A stretch of 64,000 nt of DNA from Vulcanimicrobiota bacterium (GCA_963695225.1 OY968762.1:768001-832000); one strand, 5' to 3'. Counted from the first letter of the stretch, positions 10,125 to 21,154 are shown. Made by a program: numbers and translations. The notes: generated by a model not told the origin, from the sequence alone.

Positions 10125-11336
10125 CTATGAAACACCGCGAGTCGGGTGAACGATCCGCCGCGCTTCGACGGCGCGGCGGGCGAGTTCCCGGGCGCGGGCG
10201 TCGGCGGCGCGAACGGCCCCTAGCGACAGCGGTTCGTCGGGGGTCCCCGCCAGGACCTCGCGGACGACCTCGGGGATCCCGCCGAACGGCAGCTCGCCGT
10301 TCACGAAAGCGTGCACGACGATCTCGTTCGCGGCGGAGAGCGCCGCAGGGGCCGTTCCGCCCCGGCGCAAGGCCTCGTAGGCGAGGCCCAGGCAGGGAAA
10401 GCGCTCCAGGTCGGGGCGCTCGAACTCCAGCCGCACCGAACGTTCGGCGGCCGTACCGCCCAGCGCCACGAAGGGATCCACGTTCGAGATATCGGCGAGG
10501 CGCTCCGGGTACGCGAGCGCGTAGCCGATCGGGAGGCGCATGTCCGGGGGAGCGAGCTGCGCCTTCACGTTCCCGTCGCGGAAGATCACGAAACCGTGCG
10601 CGATGCTCGTGCGGTGGACGGCGACCGCGATCCGCTCCCCGGGGACGCCGAAGAAGCGGCTCGCCTCGATGACCTCGAGCCCCTTGTTCATCATCGAGGC
10701 CGAATCGATCGTGTTCTTCGTTCCCATCTGCCAGGTCGGGTGGCGCAGCGCGTCCGCGACGGTTGCGCTGCGGATCGCCTCGGCGTCCTTCTCCCAGAAC
10801 GGCCCGCCCGAGGCCGTCAGGACGAGCGTGGCGACGCTCTCCGGAGCCTCGCCGACGAGGCACTGGAAGAGCGCGCTATGCTCGCTGTCGACCGGCAGGA
10901 GCCGGGCCCCGCTCGCGCGGGCCGCCGCGAAGAGCAACTCACCTGCCGCGACCACGAGCTCTTTGTTCGCGACCGCGATCGTCAGGCCGAGTTCCACCGC
11001 CGCAAACACCGCGTCGAACGCGACGGCGCCGTCGGTAGCCGCCAGCACGACCTCGGCGCCGGTCTCGACCGCGACGGCGAGCAGGCCCGCGGGGCCCGCC
11101 AGCGCGCGCGCCCCCGCCGGGAGCGCCGCCGAAAGCGCGCCGATGTCCGCGGCGTTGCCGCAGGCGACGACCTTCGGGGAGAAACGTCGCGCCTGCGCCG
11201 CGAGCTCGGCCACGCGCGCCCCCGCGGCCAGACCGACGACCTCGAACTCATCGGGGTGCCGCCCGATCACATCGAGCGCTTGCGTTCCGATCGAACCGGT
11301 CGAGCCCAGGATCGCCACGCGCCTGCGAGCGTTCAT
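10125..11336 (-). CDS. dxr: 1-deoxy-D-xylulose-5-phosphate reductoisomerase
   Basis: ILGSTGSIGTQAL, ANKE, PVDSEHSA, LTASGGPF, HPTWQMG, MMNKGLEVIEA; ATG 11336. Confidence 0.97.
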   Translation of the reverse strand: MNARRRVAILGSTGSIGTQALDVIGRHPDEFEVVGLAAGARVAELAAQARRFSPKVVACGNAADIGALSAALPAGARALAGPAGLLAVAVETGAEVVLAATDGAVAFDAVFAAVELGLTIAVANKELVVAAGELLFAAARASGARLLPVDSEHSALFQCLVGEAPESVATLVLTASGGPFWEKDAEAIRSATVADALRHPTWQMGTKNTIDSASMMNKGLEVIEASRFFGVPGERIAVAVHRTSIAHGFVIFRDGNVKAQLAPPDMRLPIGYALAYPERLADISNVDPFVALGGTAAERSVRLEFERPDLERFPCLGLAYEALRRGGTAPAALSAANEIVVHAFVNGELPFGGIPEVVREVLAGTPDEPLSLGAVRAADARARELARRAVEARRIVHPTRGVS

Positions 11337-12262
11337 CGAACTTGCGTCTCCCGCATCAATTCGTGCAGCCCCGGCACGGCGAATCCGACGAGCCAGAGCG
11401 AGAAATAGAAACCGATCCCACCGAACATGTAGGAATCGAAGCGGTCGAGGATGCCGCCGTGGCTGTGCAGCGCCGAACCCGCATCCTTGACGTGTGCGTC
11501 GCGTTTGAGTCCGCTCTCGACGAGATCTCCCGCTTGCGCCGAGAACGACGTGAGCGCACCGACGAACGCGCCCTCCCACCACGTCACGTGCAGGTTCGGC
11601 ACGAGCGCAAGGCCGGCGCCGATCGCCGTCGGAACGAGCAATCCGGCGAGCGCGCCCTCGACCGTCTTGCGCGGAGAGATCGAGGTCAGCGGCGTCCGGC
11701 CGAGCGACGTCCCGACCACCATCGCCGAGATGTCCGTCATCGCGATCAGGAAGATCACCGCGAACGTCAGCGGCATCCCGATCTCCGGCATCGCGCGGAT
11801 CGTGACGAAATACGAGAGCAGCTTGCCGATGTACAGCACGCCGAGCAACGTGTAGCCGCTCGAGGCGAGGCGATTCTCCTTCGCGGTGAAGGTCGCGGTC
11901 GCGAGCGCGATCACGACGGTCGCGCCGAGCAGCACGCTCTCGTAATGGCGGATCAAACCGAAGTACGCGAGCACGATGTACCCGACGACGGCGGCGAGCG
12001 CGACGGGGAACTCGATCGGCGTCCCCTTCCCCCCGCGCGTCGATAGCTGCGCGAACTCCCAGAGCGCGCCGGCCGCAATCGCCAGCACCAACAGCGCGTA
12101 GGCCGGCGGCCACACGACCGTCCCGAAACCGACGGCGGCGATCGCCAAGCCGGTCGCGATGCGCCGGGGCCAATCGACGCTCTTGCGCACCGCCGCCGCC
12201 GGCGCTTCGGCCGCCGTCACGGCGACCGGACCGCGAGCCGCGTTCCCCGCGGAATCATCCAA
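11333..12262 (-). CDS. cdsA: Phosphatidate cytidylyltransferase
   Basis: Multi-TM protein with ISPRKTVEG and GDLVESGLKR...KDAG...HGGILDRFDS. Confidence 0.93.
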   Translation of the reverse strand: MDDSAGNAARGPVAVTAAEAPAAAVRKSVDWPRRIATGLAIAAVGFGTVVWPPAYALLVLAIAAGALWEFAQLSTRGGKGTPIEFPVALAAVVGYIVLAYFGLIRHYESVLLGATVVIALATATFTAKENRLASSGYTLLGVLYIGKLLSYFVTIRAMPEIGMPLTFAVIFLIAMTDISAMVVGTSLGRTPLTSISPRKTVEGALAGLLVPTAIGAGLALVPNLHVTWWEGAFVGALTSFSAQAGDLVESGLKRDAHVKDAGSALHSHGGILDRFDSYMFGGIGFYFSLWLVGFAVPGLHELMRETQVR

Positions 12263-12470
12263 TCTCGGGCCGCTCGTAGCGCTCGTACCCGGCGAGGAGG
12301 CTCACCCCGCCCGCATGCTCGCGGACGCGCAACACGCGCAACTCGCCCGCGCCGAGGGCAGGGTAGGGCGGCGCGAGGACGCGGAACTCGATCGGAAGCG
12401 AACCCAGGCGCGCGCGCGCTTGCGTCTCCGGGAGAAGCGTCAGACTCTCGAGCGCTGCATCGGCCATCAA
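12255..12470 (-). CDS. Small hypothetical protein (71 aa) between frr and cdsA
   Basis: Overlaps both neighbours in a coupled manner and fills the gap exactly. Confidence 0.7.
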   Translation of the reverse strand: MMADAALESLTLLPETQARARLGSLPIEFRVLAPPYPALGAGELRVLRVREHAGGVSLLAGYERYERPEIG

Positions 12471-13024
12471 ACTTCCATGATCTCTTTTTCCTTGTGAACG
12501 ACGAGGGCGTCGACATCCTTCGCGAACTTATCGGTCAGCTTCTGGACGCGCTCGACCGCCCGCTTGTTCTCGTCGTCGGTAATCTTCGCGTCTTTGTGTA
12601 GGATCTTGAGCTCGTCGACGCTCTTGTGCCGGACGTTCCGGATAGCGACCTTACCGTCTTCGGCTTTCTTGCGGATGACTTTCACGAGATCTTTGCGCCG
12701 CTCTTCGTTCAGCGGCGGAATCGAGAGGCGCACGTTCTGCCCGTCGATGCGCGGGGTCACGCCGAGATCGCTCGTTTCGATGGCCTTGCGGATCGCGCCG
12801 ACCGTCGAGCGATCGAAGGCCGTGATCTGCAGCGTCCGCGCGTCGGGGACGCTGACGGTCGCGACTTGTTTGAGCGGCACGTGCGAACCGTAGGCTTCGA
12901 CGTGCAACCGGTCGAGCAGCGCCGCCGAAGCGCGCCCCGTTCGCACCGAGCTGAAATCGCTGCGCGTCGCTTCGAGCGCCTTGCCCATTTTCGCCTCAGC
13001 GGACTTGATGACGTCCTCGATCAT
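12467..13024 (-). CDS. frr: Ribosome recycling factor
   Basis: VRTGRAS, AYGSHVPLKQVA, PPLNEERRKDLVK, VAIRNVR. Confidence 0.97.
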   Translation of the reverse strand: MIEDVIKSAEAKMGKALEATRSDFSSVRTGRASAALLDRLHVEAYGSHVPLKQVATVSVPDARTLQITAFDRSTVGAIRKAIETSDLGVTPRIDGQNVRLSIPPLNEERRKDLVKVIRKKAEDGKVAIRNVRHKSVDELKILHKDAKITDDENKRAVERVQKLTDKFAKDVDALVVHKEKEIMEV

Positions 13025-13106
13025 CGATTCCCACACTCCCCGGACCGCACGTGCGCCCCGGCGGGGCGCCGCTGCGGTACGTCCTCACTTGTCTATATGG
13101 GTGGTG

Positions 13107-14458
<1,352 letters not shown>

Positions 14459-14503
14459 CGAACTCTCTCCTTGGTGTGCAGCGTGGGTCGGTCGGCGGAC
14501 GCC

Positions 14504-15286
14504 CTAGACGGCGGCCTGGGGCTCGGGCTCGGCTTCCACAGCCGCGACCGGGGGTGAATCGGCGTACGCGTCGTCGTCGTAGCCGCTCTCGAGTTCCGTC
14601 CGGCCCTCGATGATCGCGTCGGCGATCTTCGAGACCATCAATTTGACCGCGCGAATCGCATCGTCGTTGCCCGGGACCAGGTAGTCGATCTCGTCGGGAT
14701 CGCAGTTCGTATCGACGACGGCGATGATCGGAATCTTCAGCTTGCGAGCTTCCATCACGGCGATCCGCTCTTTCTTGGGATCGACGATGAAGACGGCGTC
14801 GGGGAGGCGATGCATGTCCTTGATCCCGCCGAGAAACTTCTCGAGCTTCTCCAGCTCGTCGGTGAGGCGCCCGACCTCTTTCTTGGGAAGGCGATCGAAA
14901 TCGCCCTGGGAGCGCATCCCCTCGAGCTCGCGCAGGCGGGCGATCCGCTTCTGGATCGTCGCGAAATTCGTGAGCGTTCCGCCGAGCCAGCGCTGGTTGA
15001 CGAAAAACGTCCCGGCGCGTTCGGCTTCGTCCTTGACGGCATCCTGCGCTTGCTTCTTGGTCCCGACGAACAGGATCACTTTCCCGTCGTTCGCCATCTT
15101 GCGGACGGCGGCGTAGACTTCGCGAAGCTTGATGACCGTCTTCTGGAGGTCGATGATGTAGATCCCGTTGCGCTCCTGGAAGATGTAAGGTTTCATCTTC
15201 GGATTCCAACGGCGGGTCTGGTGGCCGAAGTGCACGCCCGCTTCGAGCAGCGCCTTCATCGAAATGACGGAGGTGGGTGTGGACAT
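14504..15286 (-). CDS. rpsB: 30S ribosomal protein S2
   Basis: [39 protein letters not shown] 15286 with AAAGG upstream. Confidence 0.98.
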   Translation of the reverse strand: MSTPTSVISMKALLEAGVHFGHQTRRWNPKMKPYIFQERNGIYIIDLQKTVIKLREVYAAVRKMANDGKVILFVGTKKQAQDAVKDEAERAGTFFVNQRWLGGTLTNFATIQKRIARLRELEGMRSQGDFDRLPKKEVGRLTDELEKLEKFLGGIKDMHRLPDAVFIVDPKKERIAVMEARKLKIPIIAVVDTNCDPDEIDYLVPGNDDAIRAVKLMVSKIADAIIEGRTELESGYDDDAYADSPPVAAVEAEPEPQAAV

Positions 15287-15395
15287 GGAGACCTTTCTGG
15301 TTTCGTTCGCGGCGTGCATCCGTGCTGCCCGAACATGGCGAAACCATCGCGCCCGGCGTCCTGCCGGGCGAAATTGCAACGCTGGGAGTATATCA
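15287..15395 (-). promoter_or_regulatory. rpsB promoter (extended -10) and structured 5' leader
   Basis: TGaTATACT at 15395-15387 on the minus strand; 8-bp hairpin CGCCCGGC/GCCGGGCG at 15350-15370 in the leader. S2 autoregulatory leaders are known in other phyla. Confidence 0.6.
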
Positions 15396-15451
15396 TGCCC
15401 GGGCCCGGCCGCCTAGGCCGAACGGTTGCTCTCTAGATGGGGGCGGGGGCC

Positions 15452-15715
15452 TTACTCCGCCCGGCGGGCGCGACGAGGGCGGGCGGCGATGCCTTCGGGG
15501 GCGACGGCCACGTCGCCGGCGGGGGGCGGGGCGGCTTGCGCCGCGGCACGGTTCATCCGCTGGATCTCCTCGTAGACCTCGGAGCGGTGAACGGAAATAT
15601 CGCGCGGAGCCTCGATGCCGAGCTTCACTTGGTCGCGTTCGACGGAAACGACGATGATGCGCACGTCGTCGCCGATCATGATCGATTGATTCAGCTTGCG
15701 ACTGAGTACGAGCAT
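15452..15715 (-). CDS. csrA: Carbon storage regulator / translational repressor CsrA
   Basis: [20 protein letters not shown]...[20 protein letters not shown]. Confidence 0.96.
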   Translation of the reverse strand: MLVLSRKLNQSIMIGDDVRIIVVSVERDQVKLGIEAPRDISVHRSEVYEEIQRMNRAAAQAAPPPAGDVAVAPEGIAARPRRARRAE

Positions 15716-15742
15716 GTGCCCTCCATGGACTCCATTGGAGGG
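15716..15742 (-). promoter_or_regulatory. Hairpin with two AUGGA motifs occluding the csrA Shine-Dalgarno
   Basis: mRNA reads CCCUCCA-AUGGAGUCCA-UGGAGGG-CAC-AUG; CCCUCCA pairs with UGGAGGG, which contains the SD. Confidence 0.55.
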
Positions 15743-15751
15743 CCCGCTTCG

Positions 15752-16183
15752 CTAGGGTAAGTGAGCTTCCTCTCTTAATCCCGGAAATGGCGTCCGTACG
15801 TCGTACCGCGAGTCGTCGAGCATGATCTGCCGGCCGATGCGCGTCGAGCGATTGATGACGACGGGCGCATAGAGATTCACCGTCGGGCCGTGGACGGGAT
15901 CGTTTGGGACGACGATGCAGAACATGACGACGTCGCCGGGGGATTCGATCTCCAGCGTCGTCACCGCGTACTTCGGCAGCACGGGCTCGTAGTCGGGGAA
16001 ATGGGACCACGGCTCGATGACGGGCAATGCGATCGACGGCTCTTCGAGGCTGCGGAGCCACGTGCCGGGCTTCGTGTCGGGAATCCGAACGATCGCGAAT
16101 TTCCGAAGCTGTCCGAAGCCGGGTAAGCCCCACGGGAACGTGAGCGTCATCGCCTCCGGCATGTTCGAAATCCACGTAGCCAT
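15752..16183 (-). CDS. fliW: Flagellar assembly factor / CsrA antagonist FliW
   Basis: TFPWGLPGF, WLRSLEEP, PWSHFPDYE, TVNLYAPVVIN...GRQIML; directly upstream of csrA; start uncertain. Confidence 0.9.
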   Translation of the reverse strand: MATWISNMPEAMTLTFPWGLPGFGQLRKFAIVRIPDTKPGTWLRSLEEPSIALPVIEPWSHFPDYEPVLPKYAVTTLEIESPGDVVMFCIVVPNDPVHGPTVNLYAPVVINRSTRIGRQIMLDDSRYDVRTPFPGLREEAHLP

Positions 16184-16232
16184 AAGATAACTACCGGTCC
16201 CCAAATCGAGAGAGATTTGAATCTACTCAACC

Positions 16233-16259
16233 ATATCGGCGGCGCCGGAGAAAACATGA
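16233..16259 (-). promoter_or_regulatory. Putative sigma28 (FliA/SigD/WhiG) promoter for fliW-csrA
   Basis: Minus strand TCATG-N14-GCCGATAT; the -10 is an exact match to the SigD consensus. Confidence 0.7.
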
Positions 16260-16272
16260 CCGATTTCGAGGG

Positions 16273-18042
16273 TCACATCGCAAACTGTGCGGCGTATAAC
16301 TTCGCGTAGGAGCCGCCGCGCTTGAGCAGCTCGTCGTGCGTCCCCGTCTCGCAGACCCGCCCCTGCTCGATATAGAGGATCTTCGTCGCGCGGCGGATCG
16401 TCGAGAGGCGGTGCGCGATGATCAAGGTCGTCCGGCCGGCGAGCAGCCGGTCGAGCGCCGCCTCGATCAGGCGCTCCGAATGGCTGTCGAGCGCGCTCGT
16501 CGCCTCGTCCAGGATCAGGATGCGCGGATCGCGCAGCACGGCGCGCGCGATCGAGATTCGCTGCCGCTGGCCGCCGGAGAGCCTGGCCCCGCGCTCGCCG
16601 ACCGTCGTCTCGTAGCCCTGCGGCAGATCGAGGATGAACTCTTCGGCGTTCGCTTCGCGCGCGGCCGCTTCGACCTCCGCCCGGGTCGCGTCGAGACGCC
16701 CGTAGCGGATGTTGTCGGCGATCGTCCCCGAGAACAGCAACGCTTCCTGCGGAACGATCGCGATCGCCGCGCGTAGCGAGGCGAGGCGGTACTGCGCGAG
16801 ATCGATCCCGTCGAGCGTGATCCGCCCTTCTTGCGGGATATAGAAGCGCGGGACCAGGTTGACGATCGTCGTCTTCCCGGCCCCCGAGGGGCCGACGAAC
16901 GCGACGATGTCCCCCGCGGCGATCTCCGCGTTGAAATCCTGCAGCACTGCGCCGTTCGTGCCCTGGTACGCGAACCCGACGTGCTCGAACCGCAGCGCAC
17001 CCTCCACCCGCACCGGATCGATCGGGTTCGGGACGCCGTCGCCCTCGATCGGCGAATCGAGGACCTCGAAGACGCGCGAAGCGCCGACGAGCCCCTTCGC
17101 GATGTCGCCGATATAGGTCGCGAAGCGGTTGATCGGATTCACCGCGATCACGACGGAGCCGAAGAAATTCAGCACCTGCCCGCCGTTCATCCGCCCGACC
17201 GCGACCTCGCGCGCGGCGAACACGAGGATCGCGAGCAGGCCGATCAGGATGATCATCGCGACGACGGGCGTCTGCGTCTTCCCGAATTGCGTGAGCTTCA
17301 TATACGCGCCGAAAAAATTCTCGTTCGCGTCGCGGAAGCGCGCAACTTCGTAATCCTCGCGCGCGAACGCCTTGACGACCCGCTCGCCCTGGACCACTTC
17401 CGAGAGGTTGGCGGCGACGTCCGCGATCCGCTCCTGCGCGCGCACGGTTCCGCTCCCGATCAGGCGCGTGAACATCGCGACGGCGAAGTTCACGAAGGGC
17501 GCGACCGCGAGCAGGAAGAGCGTCAGGAGCCAGTCCGTGCGGAACATGTTCGCGAGCGCCGCGACGAACGTGACGATCGTTTGGAACAGTTGCGGGAGCG
17601 AGATGCTCACCGCATCGGTCATCAGCGCGAGGTCGTTCGTGAAGCGCGTGAGGAACTCGCCCGGACGCCACGAGTCGAAGTACGGCAGCGGCATGCGCAG
17701 CACGCGTTCGAACATGCGGGCCCGCAACGTCGCGATCAAGCGCTGGCCGCTCCAGGCCGTCAGGTACTCCTGGCCGTATTGCGCCGCGTTCGAGATCGCG
17801 GAGGCCACGAAGAGCCCGGCGACGATCTCGAAGAGCAGCGTCATGTTCACGTCGGGGCGCGCCGCGCTCGGGAAGACGCGATCGGCGAGCAGTTGGGCCG
17901 CGAAGGGATAGGCGAGCGGCCCGAGGCCGGCGACGATGCCGAGGAGCATCGACGTCAGAAACTTCGGGTAGTACGGCCTCGCTTCGCGCAGCAGCCGGCG
18001 GATGGTCTCCCGCCGCCGGTCAGCCGGGAGCGATCGCGTCAT
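16273..18042 (-). CDS. MsbA-like ABC exporter (fused TMD-NBD)
   Basis: Six-TM domain, GPSGAGKT, LSGGQRQR, ILDEATSALD, IAHRLST. Confidence 0.92.
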   Translation of the reverse strand: MTRSLPADRRRETIRRLLREARPYYPKFLTSMLLGIVAGLGPLAYPFAAQLLADRVFPSAARPDVNMTLLFEIVAGLFVASAISNAAQYGQEYLTAWSGQRLIATLRARMFERVLRMPLPYFDSWRPGEFLTRFTNDLALMTDAVSISLPQLFQTIVTFVAALANMFRTDWLLTLFLLAVAPFVNFAVAMFTRLIGSGTVRAQERIADVAANLSEVVQGERVVKAFAREDYEVARFRDANENFFGAYMKLTQFGKTQTPVVAMIILIGLLAILVFAAREVAVGRMNGGQVLNFFGSVVIAVNPINRFATYIGDIAKGLVGASRVFEVLDSPIEGDGVPNPIDPVRVEGALRFEHVGFAYQGTNGAVLQDFNAEIAAGDIVAFVGPSGAGKTTIVNLVPRFYIPQEGRITLDGIDLAQYRLASLRAAIAIVPQEALLFSGTIADNIRYGRLDATRAEVEAAAREANAEEFILDLPQGYETTVGERGARLSGGQRQRISIARAVLRDPRILILDEATSALDSHSERLIEAALDRLLAGRTTLIIAHRLSTIRRATKILYIEQGRVCETGTHDELLKRGGSYAKLYAAQFAM

Positions 18043-18126
18043 CGCCAAGCCTCGCGGCCGTTCGAAACCTTCGGGAGGCCCGCTCGGTAGATCGTCACGT
18101 CATTCGTTTTCGTCGGAGGCTGCTCG

Positions 18127-18684
18127 ATGGACTGTTACTTTCATGCGAACGTGCCGTCGGTGGCGCGCTGTGTCGAATGCGCCCATCCGATCTGCGCGAC
18201 CTGTCGCGACGAGACGGCCGCCTGCCCCAGTTGTCGGCTCGCGGCCCGGATCGATGCAGCCGCCGCCGCGCGCGGCGAGCTCCCGGGCGAGGCCGCGAAA
18301 AGCGCCGGAACGGCCGGAGCCGCGACGCTCGCCGTCGCCTCCCCCGAGACGCGAGCGCTCGTCGCGCTCGGCTACCCCCTCTGGCCGCTCGCCGCGCTCG
18401 CGCTCCTCGATCCCAAGCGCTCCCCGTACGTCCGGCGCCAAGCGGTCCAAGCGCTCGCGTTGAACTTCGGGCTCTTCGCGCTCTGGCTCGTCCTCTCGCA
18501 GATCGTGCAGATCCCGATCCTCGGCCTCTCGGCGCTCCCCATCCTCGCCGTCCTGGCGCCCGTCTGGCTCGTCGCCAGCGTCCTGTACGGGGTGAAGGTC
18601 TGGCACGGCGACGACGTCCGCGTCCCGCTCGTCAGCGATTGGCTCGACGAGCACCTTCCGGGCGATCGCCCGAGGACAGCCTAG
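18127..18684 (+). CDS. B-box-type zinc finger + DUF4870-like membrane protein
   Basis: N-terminal CYFH...CVECAHPICATC...CPSC; C-terminal TM domain with YVRRQAVQAL and RVPLVSDW. Confidence 0.75.
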   Translation: MDCYFHANVPSVARCVECAHPICATCRDETAACPSCRLAARIDAAAAARGELPGEAAKSAGTAGAATLAVASPETRALVALGYPLWPLAALALLDPKRSPYVRRQAVQALALNFGLFALWLVLSQIVQIPILGLSALPILAVLAPVWLVASVLYGVKVWHGDDVRVPLVSDWLDEHLPGDRPRTA

Positions 18685-20167
18685 CTCCCCCGCCGGGGCG
18701 CCGGCGCGCCTCGGCGTACCGCGCCAAGAAAGCCCGCGCCGCCGCCTCGTGATCGAGGATCGGCGCCGGATACCCGCTCCCGCCGAACAGGGGGAGCGCT
18801 AATTGAGCGCGCTCGTGCGCCGAGCGCGGATCGAGCACGTCCGGATCGGGGAGCCCGGCGAGCTCGGGGACCCAGCGGCGCACGAAGGCGCCGCGCGGAT
18901 CGTACGTCCTCGCCTGCTTTAGAGGATGGTAGATGCGCGGATACTGCGCGAGATCGGCGCCGACGCCCGCGATCCACTGCCAGTTTCCGGTCGCGAGCGG
19001 GGGATCGTCCTCGATGAGGAAGCGATCCCAGGCCGCCCGCCCCACGCGCCAATCGACCCCGAGATCGAAGCACAGGAACGAGGCGGCGACGAGCCGGCAG
19101 CGCGGATGCATCCAACCGGTCGCCGCGAGTTGCCGCATCCCCGCGTCGACGAGCGGGAACCCCGTCCGCCCGGCAGTCCACGCCTCGAGTTGCGGGTGGC
19201 CCGGTGCGAACCGGAAGCCCCGCATGTGCTCCTGGAGCGGTTCGTCCGGGGTTTCTTCGAAATACCAGGCGAGCTGAAAGAAGAAATCGCGATGCGCTAG
19301 GGAGCGGACGAGCCTGGCGAGCGCGCGGCGCTCCTCGGCGAGCAGGTACGGATCCTTCGCGCGCGCGTCGATCGCGCGCAGCACGCTCCGGGCGGAGAGC
19401 GTTCCGAACGAGAGCGCCGCCGAGAGGCGAGAGGTCGGCGGCCCCGCGGGGACCTGCCGGGCCGTCGGGTACTGCAGAGCGGGCCCCGCGAGGTAGCGTT
19501 CGAACGCAGCGAGCGCGGCGCGGCCGAGCGGCGGGAGGTCGCCCGGGTCGCCCGGATCGTCCAGCTCCCGCGCCGAGGGGAGCGGTTCGCTCGCGGGGAC
19601 ACGCTCGGCGAAACGCGCTTCCGGCCCGCTTTCGATCCGCGGGGCCGCGAGCCAGGCCGCCGCATACGGCGCGAGGGAGCGATATCCCGAGCCCTCGCCG
19701 CCGGTCCGCGCGGCCGCCGTTTCCTCGGGGGAGACGGCCGGGGCGTCGTGCACCGAGAGCGCGCGGTACCCCGACTCCTCCAAGGCGGCTTGCAGGCGGC
19801 GCTGTTCCTCCCGCGTCGCGGAATCGTACGCGCAAGACCACGCGACCGTGTCGACTCCCGCTTCCCGCGCGAGGCGCTTCGCCGTCGAGACGAGCGGGCC
19901 GCGACGCACGACGAGCGCGCTCCCGCGCGCGCCGAGATCGCTCGCGAGCGCCTCGACGGCGGCGCGGAAGAACGCGGCGCGGCGCGGCGAGCGCGCGAGG
20001 CGGCCTTGCGTCGCGGGGTCGAGGATCAGCGCCGGGACGATCGCTCCGGAGCGCGCCGCGGCGGCGAGCCCGGCGTGATCTTCGAGGCGCAGGTCTCGCG
20101 AAAAGAGGTAGAGCGCTCGGCGGCCGCTCTCAGAGCGAGGCGATGTAAGCGGTGACGTCGACGACAT
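18632..20167 (-). CDS. Photolyase/cryptochrome family FAD-binding protein (divergent)
   Basis: FSRDLRLEDH, TSRLSAALSFG, GRTGFPLVDAGMRQLAATGWMH, DWR, NWQW, DPRGAFVRRWVPEL. Confidence 0.88.
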   Translation of the reverse strand: MSSTSPLTSPRSESGRRALYLFSRDLRLEDHAGLAAAARSGAIVPALILDPATQGRLARSPRRAAFFRAAVEALASDLGARGSALVVRRGPLVSTAKRLAREAGVDTVAWSCAYDSATREEQRRLQAALEESGYRALSVHDAPAVSPEETAAARTGGEGSGYRSLAPYAAAWLAAPRIESGPEARFAERVPASEPLPSARELDDPGDPGDLPPLGRAALAAFERYLAGPALQYPTARQVPAGPPTSRLSAALSFGTLSARSVLRAIDARAKDPYLLAEERRALARLVRSLAHRDFFFQLAWYFEETPDEPLQEHMRGFRFAPGHPQLEAWTAGRTGFPLVDAGMRQLAATGWMHPRCRLVAASFLCFDLGVDWRVGRAAWDRFLIEDDPPLATGNWQWIAGVGADLAQYPRIYHPLKQARTYDPRGAFVRRWVPELAGLPDPDVLDPRSAHERAQLALPLFGGSGYPAPILDHEAAARAFLARYAEARRRPGGGARLSSGDRPEGARRANR

Positions 20168-20531
20168 CCGTCTCGTTCAGCGGCGCGGGATACAACTTGG
20201 GCATCGGCGGGACCGGGTTCTTGATCCACGCCTCCACTTGCGGCGACGCCTTGCGTGCGCGCTCGTTGCGCAGGCTCGGGCCGATGCCGCCCTCGGTCCC
20301 CTTCGCACCGTGGCAGCTCGCGCAATTCTGCTGGAAGATCTCCTTCCCGCGCACCCCGTCGGCGACGGCCGCGACCCCGGGCGATGCCCTCAACCCGGTC
20401 GAGCCGCTATCGGTGATCGGCCCCGACGCCCTGGCCGGAGCCTGCGACGACGACGTTTCTCTGGTGCAGCCCGCCGCCGACGACGCGACCGCCGCGGCGA
20501 CCACGATCACGAGCCAGAACCTCAGCAGCAC
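20130..20531 (-). CDS. Monoheme c-type cytochrome, probable lipoprotein
   Basis: C-terminal part of ORF 20130..21371; GTG 20531 with GAGGAG SD, lipobox-like AAGC, CASCH, GPSL, PPMP. Confidence 0.85.
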   Translation of the reverse strand: MLLRFWLVIVVAAAVASSAAGCTRETSSSQAPARASGPITDSGSTGLRASPGVAAVADGVRGKEIFQQNCASCHGAKGTEGGIGPSLRNERARKASPQVEAWIKNPVPPMPKLYPAPLNETDVVDVTAYIASL

Positions 20532-20609
20532 CCGGCACTCCTCGCACGTCTGGGGATGGCAAGTTTGTTCCGCGGCGGGAGACTCCGTCCCGCTTGCAAA
20601 CTCGAAGGC

Positions 20610-21140
20610 ATGACTCAGCGTCCACAGCCTGCGGCAAAATCCGAGCCCGAGATCACTCAGACTGCGGTCGGCGTTCTGATGTGGGCGGAGCGCGGGGTCT
20701 TCTTCACGATCGGCGTGCTGCTGTTCTTGGCCGCGATCGTGCTGCTCGTGCGCAGCACCGAAAGCCTGTGGGGGCTCGCGACGCATCCGCGCTCGGACGC
20801 GATCGCGTTCGGCTCGCAATTCCTCGACATCATCCTGCTCGTCTTGATGGTCGTCGAGCTGGCCTACACCGTCGTCCTCTCGCTGCGCGGCGCCGTGCTG
20901 CTCGCGGAACCGTTCCTGATCGTCGGGCTGATCGCCGTGATCCGCCGCATGCTCGTCATCACCGTCGGCGAGGTGAACGGCGCCGGAGAAGCGCCCGCGG
21001 GCGCGATCATCACGCAGAGCGCCGCGGAACTCGCGATCCTGACCGGCGTCGTGATCGTCTTCGTCGGTTCGATCGTGCTCTTGCGCAGCCGGCCCCGCTC
21101 GCCCGGAAGCGCACGCGTCATCAAAGAACTCTCCGAATAG
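20610..21140 (+). CDS. PsiE-family membrane protein
   Basis: Four TM helices; LDIILLVLMVVELAYTV and EPFLIVGLIAVIRRMLV. Confidence 0.82.
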   Translation: MTQRPQPAAKSEPEITQTAVGVLMWAERGVFFTIGVLLFLAAIVLLVRSTESLWGLATHPRSDAIAFGSQFLDIILLVLMVVELAYTVVLSLRGAVLLAEPFLIVGLIAVIRRMLVITVGEVNGAGEAPAGAIITQSAAELAILTGVVIVFVGSIVLLRSRPRSPGSARVIKELSE

Positions 21141-21154
21141 GCCGCGGCGCCTCC

